Positions 48,300 through 58,229 of a DNA stretch of 64,000 nucleotides are shown one piece after another. Below the pieces are notes generated by a model. It was not told where the DNA came from. It saw nothing but the letters and a program-made list of their open reading frames with translations, and ran no database searches. The position numbers were made by a program, and so were the translations under genes. Source of the DNA: Chloroflexia bacterium (GTDB lineage: Bacteria > Chloroflexota > Chloroflexia > QHBQ01 > JAICKM01); contig JBPCPV010000009.1 in assembly GCA_050998805.1 (NCBI GenBank), positions 6,699 to 70,698 on the forward strand. The letters are read 5' to 3'. Numbering within the stretch: the first letter of the stretch is position 1; each line of letters starts with the position of its first letter.

Positions 48300-49750
48300 C
48301 TGCCTGACTCCCCGGAGAAGAACGACTTGCGGTCGAACAGGAAGCGCCGGACTATCCCCGGCAACTGCCCCGGCAGCCCAAGCTGATCGGCGATGACCCC
48401 CGGCCACTCCAGCCCCGCCTGCCGCCGCGCCGAGTTCCAGAGCGCGGAGTACTGCACCGCCAATCCACCCTCCCATGCGACGAAGAGCACGCCGAGCAGG
48501 GCGATCAGCGCACGGGACACGCCGCGCTCCCGAGCCCAGCCGATCACTGACCCCAGGCCGAGCGCGAACAACACTGTGCAGTTCACGAACCGTCGCTGCC
48601 CGAACGAACTCTTGCCCTGCCAAGTCGAGAACGCCCCCGCGATCCAGACCTGGGCAATGAACGCGACCAGCAGCGCCGTTGCCAGCCCCCGGTCGCGCCG
48701 CCAGAGCAGCCCCAGCCCGACCAGCGCGGGCAGCACCACGGGTGCCCACGGCAGCAGCCCATATTGCGGGTCGAGCAGCACCGAGAGCGCGTGCGGACTC
48801 AGCCAGTTCAGCTTCTCCCCCACTGTACTCGACGGCCCCAGCCGCCCGCCGAGCACCTCGTACACGACCAGCTGCGGGATAAACGTGATCGCCGCCGTGA
48901 GCAGCATCAGCGCCCAGCCGGAGGCCCACCTCACCGCCGACCCCTTCCCCTCTGTAAGACGCGGCTCCGCCCGTGGACCGCCCTTCCCCTGGAGCAGCCG
49001 GAGCACGCTTTCGACGGCGGGCAGCGCCAGGAAGAGCGCGTCCTGCTCGCGGACCAGCATCATCAGCCCCGCGCAGAAGCCGAGCAGCGCCCACTCGCGG
49101 AGGCTGCGGCCGGCAGGGCGGCGGGTGCGGAGCCAGACGGTCGTGAAGAGGCTCACCGTGAAGAGGCTCGCCGAGTGGGACCAGGGCGGGGCGATCACCA
49201 TGTAGAAGAAGGCCGAGGTGCCGAGCCAGACCGTCAGCGTCGCCAGCGCCGCCGCGAACTGATCCCAGAAGCGGCGCAGCAGGCCGTAGATCAGCAGCAG
49301 CCCCGCCCAGCCGTAGAGATACGATGCGTAACAGACGGCCGCGATATACGGCTGGCTGTAGCCGTCTGCGGCGACCTTCGCGCCGAGCGCCCGCGCCGCC
49401 AGCACGCCGAGATGCGCCAGCGCGAAGGCCGGTGCCCAGAGGATCGCCGTGCCGATCGGTGCTTCGTTGATCGGCAGGCCGGTCGCCGGATTCGGCTTGA
49501 GCAACGTCTTGAGCAGAGCCGCTCTTTGAATGTCGGGCTTTTTCCCCTGGAGGGCCTGGTCAACCCAGTGCTGGTAGTCGTTCGTGAAGTCGAGATCCCG
49601 GTCGAAGCTCAGGGAATGTAGGTACGCGAAGTACTTGATCTCGTCCGATGCGTAGATGCGGGTGGTGATAAGCGGGAGGCCGAGCAGCATGAGGGCGAGC
49701 AACACCAGCAGCCCCCGGTCCCGGAGCAGGTGGGTCAGGGCAGCGGTCAT
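48296..49750 (-). CDS. GT-C fold membrane glycosyltransferase (GT39-like)
   Basis: SDEIKYFAY..DRDLDF, PIGTAILW, SFGQRRF; multi-TM; first large gene of the operon. Confidence 0.8.
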   Translation of the reverse strand: MTAALTHLLRDRGLLVLLALMLLGLPLITTRIYASDEIKYFAYLHSLSFDRDLDFTNDYQHWVDQALQGKKPDIQRAALLKTLLKPNPATGLPINEAPIGTAILWAPAFALAHLGVLAARALGAKVAADGYSQPYIAAVCYASYLYGWAGLLLIYGLLRRFWDQFAAALATLTVWLGTSAFFYMVIAPPWSHSASLFTVSLFTTVWLRTRRPAGRSLREWALLGFCAGLMMLVREQDALFLALPAVESVLRLLQGKGGPRAEPRLTEGKGSAVRWASGWALMLLTAAITFIPQLVVYEVLGGRLGPSSTVGEKLNWLSPHALSVLLDPQYGLLPWAPVVLPALVGLGLLWRRDRGLATALLVAFIAQVWIAGAFSTWQGKSSFGQRRFVNCTVLFALGLGSVIGWARERGVSRALIALLGVLFVAWEGGLAVQYSALWNSARRQAGLEWPGVIADQLGLPGQLPGIVRRFLFDRKSFFSGESGR

Positions 49751-49840
49751 GGCCTCTGTTTATAGTTGATCACGACCCCGATTTTGGGCATGACGACCGT
49801 TTCCTTCCCCTCTGCCGCTACCGTGCCGAATTGCAACCTG

Positions 49841-49869
49841 ATTATACGGCCCGCCCGTACAGCTGTCAA
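49841..49869 (-). promoter_or_regulatory. Consensus sigma70 promoter of the glycan operon
   Basis: TTGACA-17 nt-TATAAT, perfect consensus. Confidence 0.85.
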
Positions 49870-50121
49870 CCGCCTCTCCGTGAGTTCCGGTCGTAACCGG
49901 GGAGCGCCGGAGGATACGTAGAACTGATAAAAGGTTGCAAGAGTATGCCAAAAAGGGGCCTCTATTGCGCGTTGGGAAGCGGTTCCAGGCACGGCCCTAC
50001 GGTGACCGCCGCCTCCCGGCAGCCGATAATCTCGATAATCCGTGCCTAGCCGTCCATTCGACAGAGGGAAAACGGCGATCTAGGCACGAATCGGGCGGAG
50101 CGTTATCAGTAGGCGGTAGGC

Positions 50122-50166
50122 GGACGCACGAGTTTTGAGTTTTGAGTTTTGAGTTTTGAATTACGA
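50122..50166 (-). repeat. 45-bp dispersed repeat with AAAACTC heptamer array (copy 2)
   Basis: Inverted copy of 26141-26185. Confidence 0.85.
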
Positions 50167-50318
50167 AGGCTGATGGCGCAACTCATGTTTTACCTCCTCA
50201 CCGGCAAAGATACTCCGATCGGAGTATTTTTGGGGAACCGGGCAAAATCGGCTGGCAATCTTCGGGGCGCGGGCGGCGTCACTCCTGTTTTCAGGCACGG
50301 AGTAGGGCGTTTTGGCCG

Positions 50319-50376
50319 CGCTAATTTTACCCTCTCACTTTTAATATCCATTTCAGGGGGCATTTACTGCCAGATT
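50319..50376 (-). repeat. 58-bp AT-rich conserved element (copy 2)
   Basis: Inverted copy of 28761-28818 (3 mismatches). Confidence 0.9.
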
Positions 50377-50430
50377 TTGGGCCTTGAGCTGGGAATCGGG
50401 GCAAAGATACTCCGAAAGAACTAGACTGCA

Positions 50431-51441
50431 TCAGATCTCGACGCCCGGAAAATAGTTGATCCGGATCGCGTCGCGGACCTCGCGCATCGTCTCACGGGCG
50501 ATCGCGCGGGCGCGGCGCGTTCCCGCGATCAGCATCTCGTCCACCCGCTCGGGGTGCTGGGCTGCGGCTTCCCGCCGCTCTCGGATCGGGTCCAAGAACG
50601 CGTTGAGCGCCGACGCCAGTTCCTTCTTCACCTGCACGTCGCCGATCCCGCCCCTTCGATAAAGCTCCTTCATCTCGACCACCCGCGCCGTGTCGGGGTT
50701 GAAGGCGTCGTGGTAGGCGAAGACCGGATTGCCCTCCACATGGCCGGGATCGGTCGCACGCAGCCTCGTCGGGTCGGTGTACATGCTCATCACCCGTTTG
50801 CGGACCGTCTCTGCGTCGTCCGACAGCAGGATCGTGTTGTTCAGGCTCTTGCTCATCTTGCCGATGTTGTCGGTGCCGGGCAGCCGCGAGACCTCGCCGA
50901 TCAGCGCCTCCGGCAACGGGAAGACCGGGCCGTATGTCGCGTTGAACTTGCCCACGATGTCCCGCGTCAGCTCGATATGCGGCACCTGGTCCTCGCCCAC
51001 CGGCACCAGGTCGGCCTTCACGAAGGTGATGTCGGCGGCCTGCGACACCGGGTAGCCGAGGAAGCCGTATGTCACGTTCTCCTCCATGCCCTTCTGCGCC
51101 AACTCGGTCTTGATGGTCGGGTTGCGCTCCAGCCGCGCCACCGTCACCAGGTTCGCGTAGAAGATAGTCAGCTCGGCTATCTCCGGCACCAGCGATTGTA
51201 TGACGATCGTCGCCACCGACGGGTCTATGCCGACCGCGATATAGTCGAGCGCAACCTGCCGCACGCTCTCCCGCACCCTGTCGGGGTTGTCGTAGTTGTC
51301 GGTAAGCGCCTGCATATCCGCGAGCAGGATGTAAGTGTCATACTCGTGCTGCAACCGCACCCGGTTCGCCAGCGAGCCGACATAGTGCCCCAGGTGGAGC
51401 GGGCCGGTCGGCCTGTCGCCCGTCAAAATCCGCTTCTTCAT
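50431..51441 (-). CDS. trpS: Tryptophan--tRNA ligase
   Basis: [34 protein letters not shown]. Confidence 0.97.
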   Translation of the reverse strand: MKKRILTGDRPTGPLHLGHYVGSLANRVRLQHEYDTYILLADMQALTDNYDNPDRVRESVRQVALDYIAVGIDPSVATIVIQSLVPEIAELTIFYANLVTVARLERNPTIKTELAQKGMEENVTYGFLGYPVSQAADITFVKADLVPVGEDQVPHIELTRDIVGKFNATYGPVFPLPEALIGEVSRLPGTDNIGKMSKSLNNTILLSDDAETVRKRVMSMYTDPTRLRATDPGHVEGNPVFAYHDAFNPDTARVVEMKELYRRGGIGDVQVKKELASALNAFLDPIRERREAAAQHPERVDEMLIAGTRRARAIARETMREVRDAIRINYFPGVEI

Positions 51442-51456
51442 CGTGCTTCCCCTCAT

Positions 51457-51715
51457 ACAAAAAGCCCCCGTCCGCGAGGGACGAGGGCCATAGCCTGCTC
51501 GTGATACCACCCTGATTCCGCAGTCGCCCGTGTAGGGTTCGTGCGCTCAAAGCCCCGTATAACGGCGGGGGTGCCCGGCGCAGCCTACTGAGCGGCCTGT
51601 TTGGTGCGCGACTCCCAGATCCATTCGCTGCCCGCGCCGATACCGGCTCCCAGCTTCCCCGGCTCTCTGTGTTCCCGCTCCGGCAGCTACTACTTCTGCT
51701 CACAGTCGTTGTCTA
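51457..51715 (-). promoter_or_regulatory. T-box riboswitch (Trp)
   Basis: AGTA and AGAGAG stem I motifs, specifier GAA-TGG (UGG at 51623-51621), T-box AATCAGGGTGGTATCACG (51517-51500), terminator stem with U tract, TATAAT upstream. Confidence 0.9.
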
Positions 51716-51809
51716 TGCTGTTGCGGCTATTATAGCAGTTAGGGGTGGGGCTGTCAATCGGTCTTTGTGCTGATACTCCATTCCAGCCCGTCGCTTTCGG
51801 TTGGCACGC

Positions 51810-52840
51810 CTACACCACCATCATGTCGCTCAAGCGATAGACACGGAAGCCGTCCGGCCAGGCGATGTCGAGTTTCTCCCAGCTCTGCCCGCCGTCCGGC
51901 AAGCGGTATATCCCGTGGTTCGACCCCGCGTAGAAGACGCCCGGCTCGGCGTCGTTCGAGGTCAGGTGCCAGGCCAGCGTGCCACGCGCGGGCGGCAGCC
52001 CGGCCTCGGACGGTTCCCAGGGGCCGCCCCGGCCCCGCCGGTAGATGAACGACTCGGCTATCTGCGGCTGGTGCGCCGTCTGAGGTCCGGTTGACGCCGA
52101 TATGAGCATCGTGCTCGGCTCCGCCGGATCGACCGCCAGGCCCAGAGATAGTGCTGCCCCAGCCCCACGCCGACGCGCTCCCAGCTCTCGCCACCATCGT
52201 GGCTCTCAGCATAACCGTCGCCCGGTGCCATGAAGCCGTCTCCGCAGGCCGCGCAGACCGTGTTCGGCGCGTTGCGGGGCGCGGACATCGTGTGGGCATC
52301 GTAAGGTCCGGTCGGCTTGCGGTCCTCCCAGGTCAGCCCGCCGTCGAGGCTCCGCATCACCCCGCCCGCCTCGATAGCCACGAAGAGGCGCCCGGCGTCG
52401 TTCGGGTCGGGCGTGATCCAGCGCACATGGTGGGTGTGCGGCCTCGGCGGGAAGCTCCAGGTGGGCCTCGAAGGTATATCGAGCAGAGCCGGACGATCCT
52501 GCCACGTCTGGCCGCCGTCCTCAGAGCGGAAAAGCGCGCTCGGCTCCGTCCCTGCCCAGACTGCTCCGTAATCGCCGATCCGGTCCACCGGGCTGACCGC
52601 GACCGACATCACCATCGGATGAGGGATGCCCTCCCCGGCGGGCCGCCAGGTGGCCCCGGCGTCCGCGCTCCGCCACAGCCCCTTGTCGAACGTACCGCAA
52701 TAGATGCGCTCGCGGTGCAGGGGGTCGCTCGCAAGGCATTGTGTATAGGCTCCGGTCAGCGCCAGGTCCGTCTCCCAGCGCCCTTCGTGGCGGGTGGCGA
52801 CCGCGAGGCCGGCGGGCAGAGCCATGTAGATTTTGGTCAT
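51810..52840 (-). pseudogene. BNR/Asp-box beta-propeller (glycosyl hydrolase-like) protein, one frameshift
   Basis: RSADAGATW, RSEDGGQTW, RSLDGGLTW, SHDGGESW Asp-boxes. Adding one G near 52142 gives HYLWGLAVDPAEPSTMLISAS and joins ORF 51810-52109. Confidence 0.8.
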
Positions 52841-52851
52841 TGGGTGCCTCC

Positions 52852-53901
52852 CTATACGTGTCCGCGCCAATAGTCGAGCAGGTCGGCCATTGTCTGCTCG
52901 AAGGGGATCGTCAGCTCCCAGCCGGTGGCCTGCTTGAAGCGGGTCGCGTCGGCCCAGAGTATAGCCACGTCGCTTGGTCGGAGCCGCGCGGGGTCTTGCT
53001 TGACTTCGATCCTCTGCTTACTCATGCCGCGGAGTGTTTCGAGCATCTCGCCCATCGTCCGCGTGGTGCCCGAGCCGATGTTGTAGACCTCGCCGGGCCG
53101 GCAGCAGTCGAGCAGCAGCCAGTAGGCCCGCACCATATCGCGCACATCGGTGATGTCGCGCTTGCTGTTCAGGTCGCCGACGTAGACGACCGGCTCCAGC
53201 AGCCCCTTTTCGATGCGGGCGATCTGGCGCGCCCAGGTGGACGGAGCGAAATGCTCGCCGCGGCGCGGGCCGTCGTGGTTGAAGCCGCGCGAGATGATGC
53301 TCTTGAGGCCGTAGCTCATCCAGTACTGGTAGGCCAGCTTCTCCTGCGCCACCTTGCTCACCGCGTAGGGAGACAGAGGGCGCAGCGTGTTCTCCTCGGT
53401 CATCGGCACCTCGTGCTCGTAGACCATGCCGTACTCCTCCGACGAGCCTGCGATCTGGAAGAGCGGGTCGAGGACTGCCTCGCCTCGCTCGACAAGCTGG
53501 CTGTTCAGGCTCCGCACCGCCTCGAAGAGGTTGAGCTGGCCCAAGATGTTGGTCTGCAACGTCTCGGCGGGGGCGTTCCAGGAGGTCGGCACGAAGGATT
53601 GCGCCGCGAGGTGGAACACCCGGTCGGGCCGCACCGCGCCGATCAGCTTCTGCGCGCTGAATGGGTCGAGCAGCTCAGTGTTCACCAGGTTGATCTTGCC
53701 GGGCACAAACGCCTCGCGGATCGTCTGTACGCTCGATACCCCGGCCTCGATAAGGTTGAGGTGGGGCAGCAGCGTCTCGAGGTTGTCGAGCCGGCTCCGC
53801 CGCCGATAGGTGCCGAAAACCTCGTGCTCTCCGCGCCCGTGAAGCAACTCGGCCAGGTGGCTGCCGGCGAACCCCGTGATACCCGTAATCAGTACTCTCA
53901 A
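52852..53901 (-). CDS. GDP-mannose 4,6-dehydratase-like NAD-dependent epimerase/dehydratase
   Basis: LITGITGFAG, HLAAQSFV, GSSEEYG, SPYAVSK, FNHDGPRRG. Confidence 0.88.
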   Translation of the reverse strand: MRVLITGITGFAGSHLAELLHGRGEHEVFGTYRRRSRLDNLETLLPHLNLIEAGVSSVQTIREAFVPGKINLVNTELLDPFSAQKLIGAVRPDRVFHLAAQSFVPTSWNAPAETLQTNILGQLNLFEAVRSLNSQLVERGEAVLDPLFQIAGSSEEYGMVYEHEVPMTEENTLRPLSPYAVSKVAQEKLAYQYWMSYGLKSIISRGFNHDGPRRGEHFAPSTWARQIARIEKGLLEPVVYVGDLNSKRDITDVRDMVRAYWLLLDCCRPGEVYNIGSGTTRTMGEMLETLRGMSKQRIEVKQDPARLRPSDVAILWADATRFKQATGWELTIPFEQTMADLLDYWRGHV

Positions 53902-53924
53902 ATCAAAATCTCCTACTCGGTCTC

Positions 53925-54881
53925 CTAGCCGGATACCCGGTTCCGCCAGTCGTTCAGTATGTCGGCCAACGACTCTTCCAGCCCGATCTCCGGCAGCCAG
54001 CCGGTGCGCTCGTGGAACCGCGCCGGGTCGCAGACGATGCGCGGCACATCGCTGGGGCGCAGCCGTGCGGGGTCTCGCTCGACCCGCACATCTGCGCTGC
54101 TCATGCTCAAGAAGGCCGCCAGGATGTCGGAGATCGCGGTCGGCGTGCCCGAACCGATGTTGTAGACCTCCCCCGGCTCGCCCTGTGTCATCGCCAGATG
54201 GTAGGCGCGCACCATGTCGCGCACGTCGGTGAAGTCCCGCTCGGCGTTGAGGTTGCCGACGCGCAAGACCGGCTCCTGCCGGCCTGCCTCGATGGCCGCG
54301 ACCTGCCGCGCGAAGGCTGCGGTCACGAAGTCGTCGCTCTGGCCGGGGCCGATGTGGTTGAACGGGCGCACCCGTATGATCGGCAACTTGTAGGCCAGCC
54401 AGTATTGCAGGCCGAGCATGTCCTGGGCGATTTTGCTCACCGCATACGGGTTGTCGGGCCGGAACGGGGTATCCTCGTCCACCGGCAGATCCTCCGGGCA
54501 GACGCGGCCATACTCCTCGCCGCTGCCGACCAGCAGTACGCGGGCCGGTAGTTCGAGTTCATGCATCGCCCGCAGCACATTCAGTTCGCCGACGATGTTG
54601 TTCATCAGCGTGGCTTGCGGGTCGCGCAACGCCTCCTGAACGATCGACTGCGCCGCCAGGTGGAAGATGTAATCGGGGCGCAGATCGGCCAACAGGCTGC
54701 GTGTGGCCTCCCAGTCCGTCAGGTCGGCCTGCGCGATCCGCAGGCCGTGACGCCCGGCAGACACCGGACCCTCTGGATGAGGTCGCGCGTTGCCCCAGAG
54801 TTCCCAGTCGGTTACCTCGGCCAGGTGCTTCGCAAGATGACGCCCGGCGAAGCCCCCGGCCCCGGTGATCAAGGCGCGCAT
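53925..54881 (-). CDS. GDP-sugar dehydratase/reductase (Rmd-like)
   Basis: LITGAGGFAG, HLAAQS, GSGEEYG, NPYAVSK, RPFNHIGPGQ. Confidence 0.85.
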   Translation of the reverse strand: MRALITGAGGFAGRHLAKHLAEVTDWELWGNARPHPEGPVSAGRHGLRIAQADLTDWEATRSLLADLRPDYIFHLAAQSIVQEALRDPQATLMNNIVGELNVLRAMHELELPARVLLVGSGEEYGRVCPEDLPVDEDTPFRPDNPYAVSKIAQDMLGLQYWLAYKLPIIRVRPFNHIGPGQSDDFVTAAFARQVAAIEAGRQEPVLRVGNLNAERDFTDVRDMVRAYHLAMTQGEPGEVYNIGSGTPTAISDILAAFLSMSSADVRVERDPARLRPSDVPRIVCDPARFHERTGWLPEIGLEESLADILNDWRNRVSG

Positions 54882-54901
54882 AGCCGCCTCCGATTGCGCG
54901 T

Positions 54902-56161
54902 TTAGCCGCGCGCGCCGACTAGTTCGTGGGCTTTCGCGTTCACAACCTGCCCGTCCAGCCCCGACTCGGCCCGCAGGGTCGCGGCCTTGTCGGTCTGCTC
55001 CCAGGGCGCGTCAATGTCGGTTCGCCCGAAGTGGCCGAAGGCAGCCGTCGCCCGGTAGATCGGTCGGCGCAGATTGAGGTCGCGGATGATCGCGCCCGGA
55101 CGGAGGTCGAAGTGCTTCTTGATCAGCTCGACGAGCGTCTCATCGGGGACTTTGCCTGTGTCGAACGTCTCGACGGAGATGCTCAGTGGGTGGGCCACGC
55201 CGATAGCGTAGCTCACCTGTAGCTCGAAGCGGTCGGCCAGCCCCGCCGCGACTATGTTCTTCGCCACGTAGCGCGCCGCGTAAGTAGCCGAGCGGTCAAC
55301 CTTTGTCGGGTCTTTGCCGCTGAACGCGCCGCCGCCGTGTCGTGCAACGCCGCCGTATGTATCCACAATGATCTTCCGCCCGGTTACCCCGGCATCACCC
55401 ATCGGCCCACCGACGACGAAGCGCCCGGTCGGGTTGATGTAGTAGTGGGTCTTCTCGTCGAGCAGGTGCGCTGGGACCACCGGCTTGACCACCTTCTCGA
55501 TGATCTCCCGCTCGATCTCCTCATGGCTCACGTTGGGCGCGTGCTGAGTGGAGACTACCACCGCGTCTACCCGCACCGGCTTGCCGTAGCTGTACTCGAC
55601 CGTGACCTGGCTCTTGCCGTCGGGCCGCAGCCAGGGCAGGGTATTGTTGCGCCGTAACTGCGACAACTGCCGCGTCAGCTTGTTCGCCAGCGAAATCGTC
55701 AGGGGCATCAGCTCCGGCGTCTCGTTGCAGGCGAAGCCGATCATCATGCCCTGGTCGCCCGCGCCGATTGCCTCAACCTCGGCGTCGGTCATCTCGCCGG
55801 TCTTGCTCTCCAGCGCCTCGTCCACGCCCTGCGCGATGTCCTTCGACTGCTCCTTGATCGAAACGATCACGTTGCATGTCTCGGCGTCGAAGCCGTACTT
55901 GGCGCGGGTGTAGCCGATGTCGGTCACCGTGTCGCGCACGATCTTCGGGATGTCGGCCCAGCCCTTCGTAGTGACCTCGCCCATCACCAGCACCATGCCG
56001 GTCGTGGTCGCGGTCTCCACAGCAACCCGGCTCTCCGGGTCTTGGGCGAGCAGCGCGTCGAGGATCGCGTCCGAGATCTGGTCGCAGAGCTTGTCGGGGT
56101 GGCCCTCGGTCACCGACTCCGATGTGAAGAAGAACTGCGGAGATTCCATGAAAGTCGTCAT
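54902..56161 (-). CDS. metK: S-adenosylmethionine synthetase
   Basis: [35 protein letters not shown]. Confidence 0.98.
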   Translation of the reverse strand: MTTFMESPQFFFTSESVTEGHPDKLCDQISDAILDALLAQDPESRVAVETATTTGMVLVMGEVTTKGWADIPKIVRDTVTDIGYTRAKYGFDAETCNVIVSIKEQSKDIAQGVDEALESKTGEMTDAEVEAIGAGDQGMMIGFACNETPELMPLTISLANKLTRQLSQLRRNNTLPWLRPDGKSQVTVEYSYGKPVRVDAVVVSTQHAPNVSHEEIEREIIEKVVKPVVPAHLLDEKTHYYINPTGRFVVGGPMGDAGVTGRKIIVDTYGGVARHGGGAFSGKDPTKVDRSATYAARYVAKNIVAAGLADRFELQVSYAIGVAHPLSISVETFDTGKVPDETLVELIKKHFDLRPGAIIRDLNLRRPIYRATAAFGHFGRTDIDAPWEQTDKAATLRAESGLDGQVVNAKAHELVGARG

Positions 56162-56201
56162 TATCTACCTCCCAATCGGTCCAACCGGTTATGGTCTAAA
56201 A

Positions 56202-56795
56202 CTACGGTAAAAACGCACTGCCCAGGCCGACGTTGAATGCTATTCCAAGAAAGCAAACAGTGGCGACCAGGGTCAACAGGCTCACGCCCAGGCCAAACCC
56301 GCCTGTCCAGCGGGCCGACGACGGATTGCGCGACTTCGGCGCGTTAACCAGCGCGGCGACCGACATCCCGCAGGCGGCCAGCGCCAACGGCGCGCCGATG
56401 ACGGCCCCGAACCCGCAACAAAAGCTGAACGGCAGCGACACCAGCCCGGTGACCAGCCCGATCAGCCCCAGCGTCTCGGCCAGGGTGCTCGGCCTCGGCT
56501 GCAACACCTCCTCCGTCCACCCCGGCCTAAACGACATCGGCAGCGGCTCCAGCCGTGGGTCTTCCGACCAGTGCCGCTCTCCAGACCTTGCCCCCGGCCC
56601 CTCTCCTGGAGGGAAAGGGGAGGTTTGCTCCCCAATCCCCTCTGGGGCAGGGGGTCGGGGGGTTAGGTCGCCGTTCACATGCTCCGCGCAGTAGACCCGC
56701 CCCTCGCGGAAGTGGACGCAGAGCGCGCAGAGCGGCTTGCTGCACACCCCGCACGCCCCCATCGCTCCCACGTCGGGGTGGTTAACGCAGTTCAA
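56202..56795 (-). CDS. B-box zinc-finger membrane protein (DUF4190-like C-terminus)
   Basis: CVNHP..CGVCSKPLCALC..CAEH; C-terminal TM helices; start codon uncertain. Confidence 0.7.
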   Translation of the reverse strand: MNCVNHPDVGAMGACGVCSKPLCALCVHFREGRVYCAEHVNGDLTPRPPAPEGIGEQTSPFPPGEGPGARSGERHWSEDPRLEPLPMSFRPGWTEEVLQPRPSTLAETLGLIGLVTGLVSLPFSFCCGFGAVIGAPLALAACGMSVAALVNAPKSRNPSSARWTGGFGLGVSLLTLVATVCFLGIAFNVGLGSAFLP

Positions 56796-56798
56796 GGA

Positions 56799-58181
<1,383 letters not shown>

Positions 58182-58229
58182 TTAGTTGTTAGTTGTTGGT
58201 TGCCAGGTGGCCCCGAGCAGGCGTCATGG

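Noticed and set aside
47181-49094. 637-aa ORF
   Set aside because: The N-terminal part overlaps the GT-C gene in another frame; the real start is ATG 48299 (ATGA coupling).
49935-49951. sigma54-like TTGGCATACTCTTGCAA upstream of the glycan operon (minus strand)
   Set aside because: Only 9 nt between GG and GC, whereas sigma54 needs 10; a perfect sigma70 promoter already explains the operon. Worth rechecking only if a base is missing from the assembly.
50400-50430. GGCAAA...GAAA...GAC resembling a c-di-GMP-I riboswitch
   Set aside because: No stem around GAAA, no GACGCAAA receptor, no P3, and no gene downstream on that strand.
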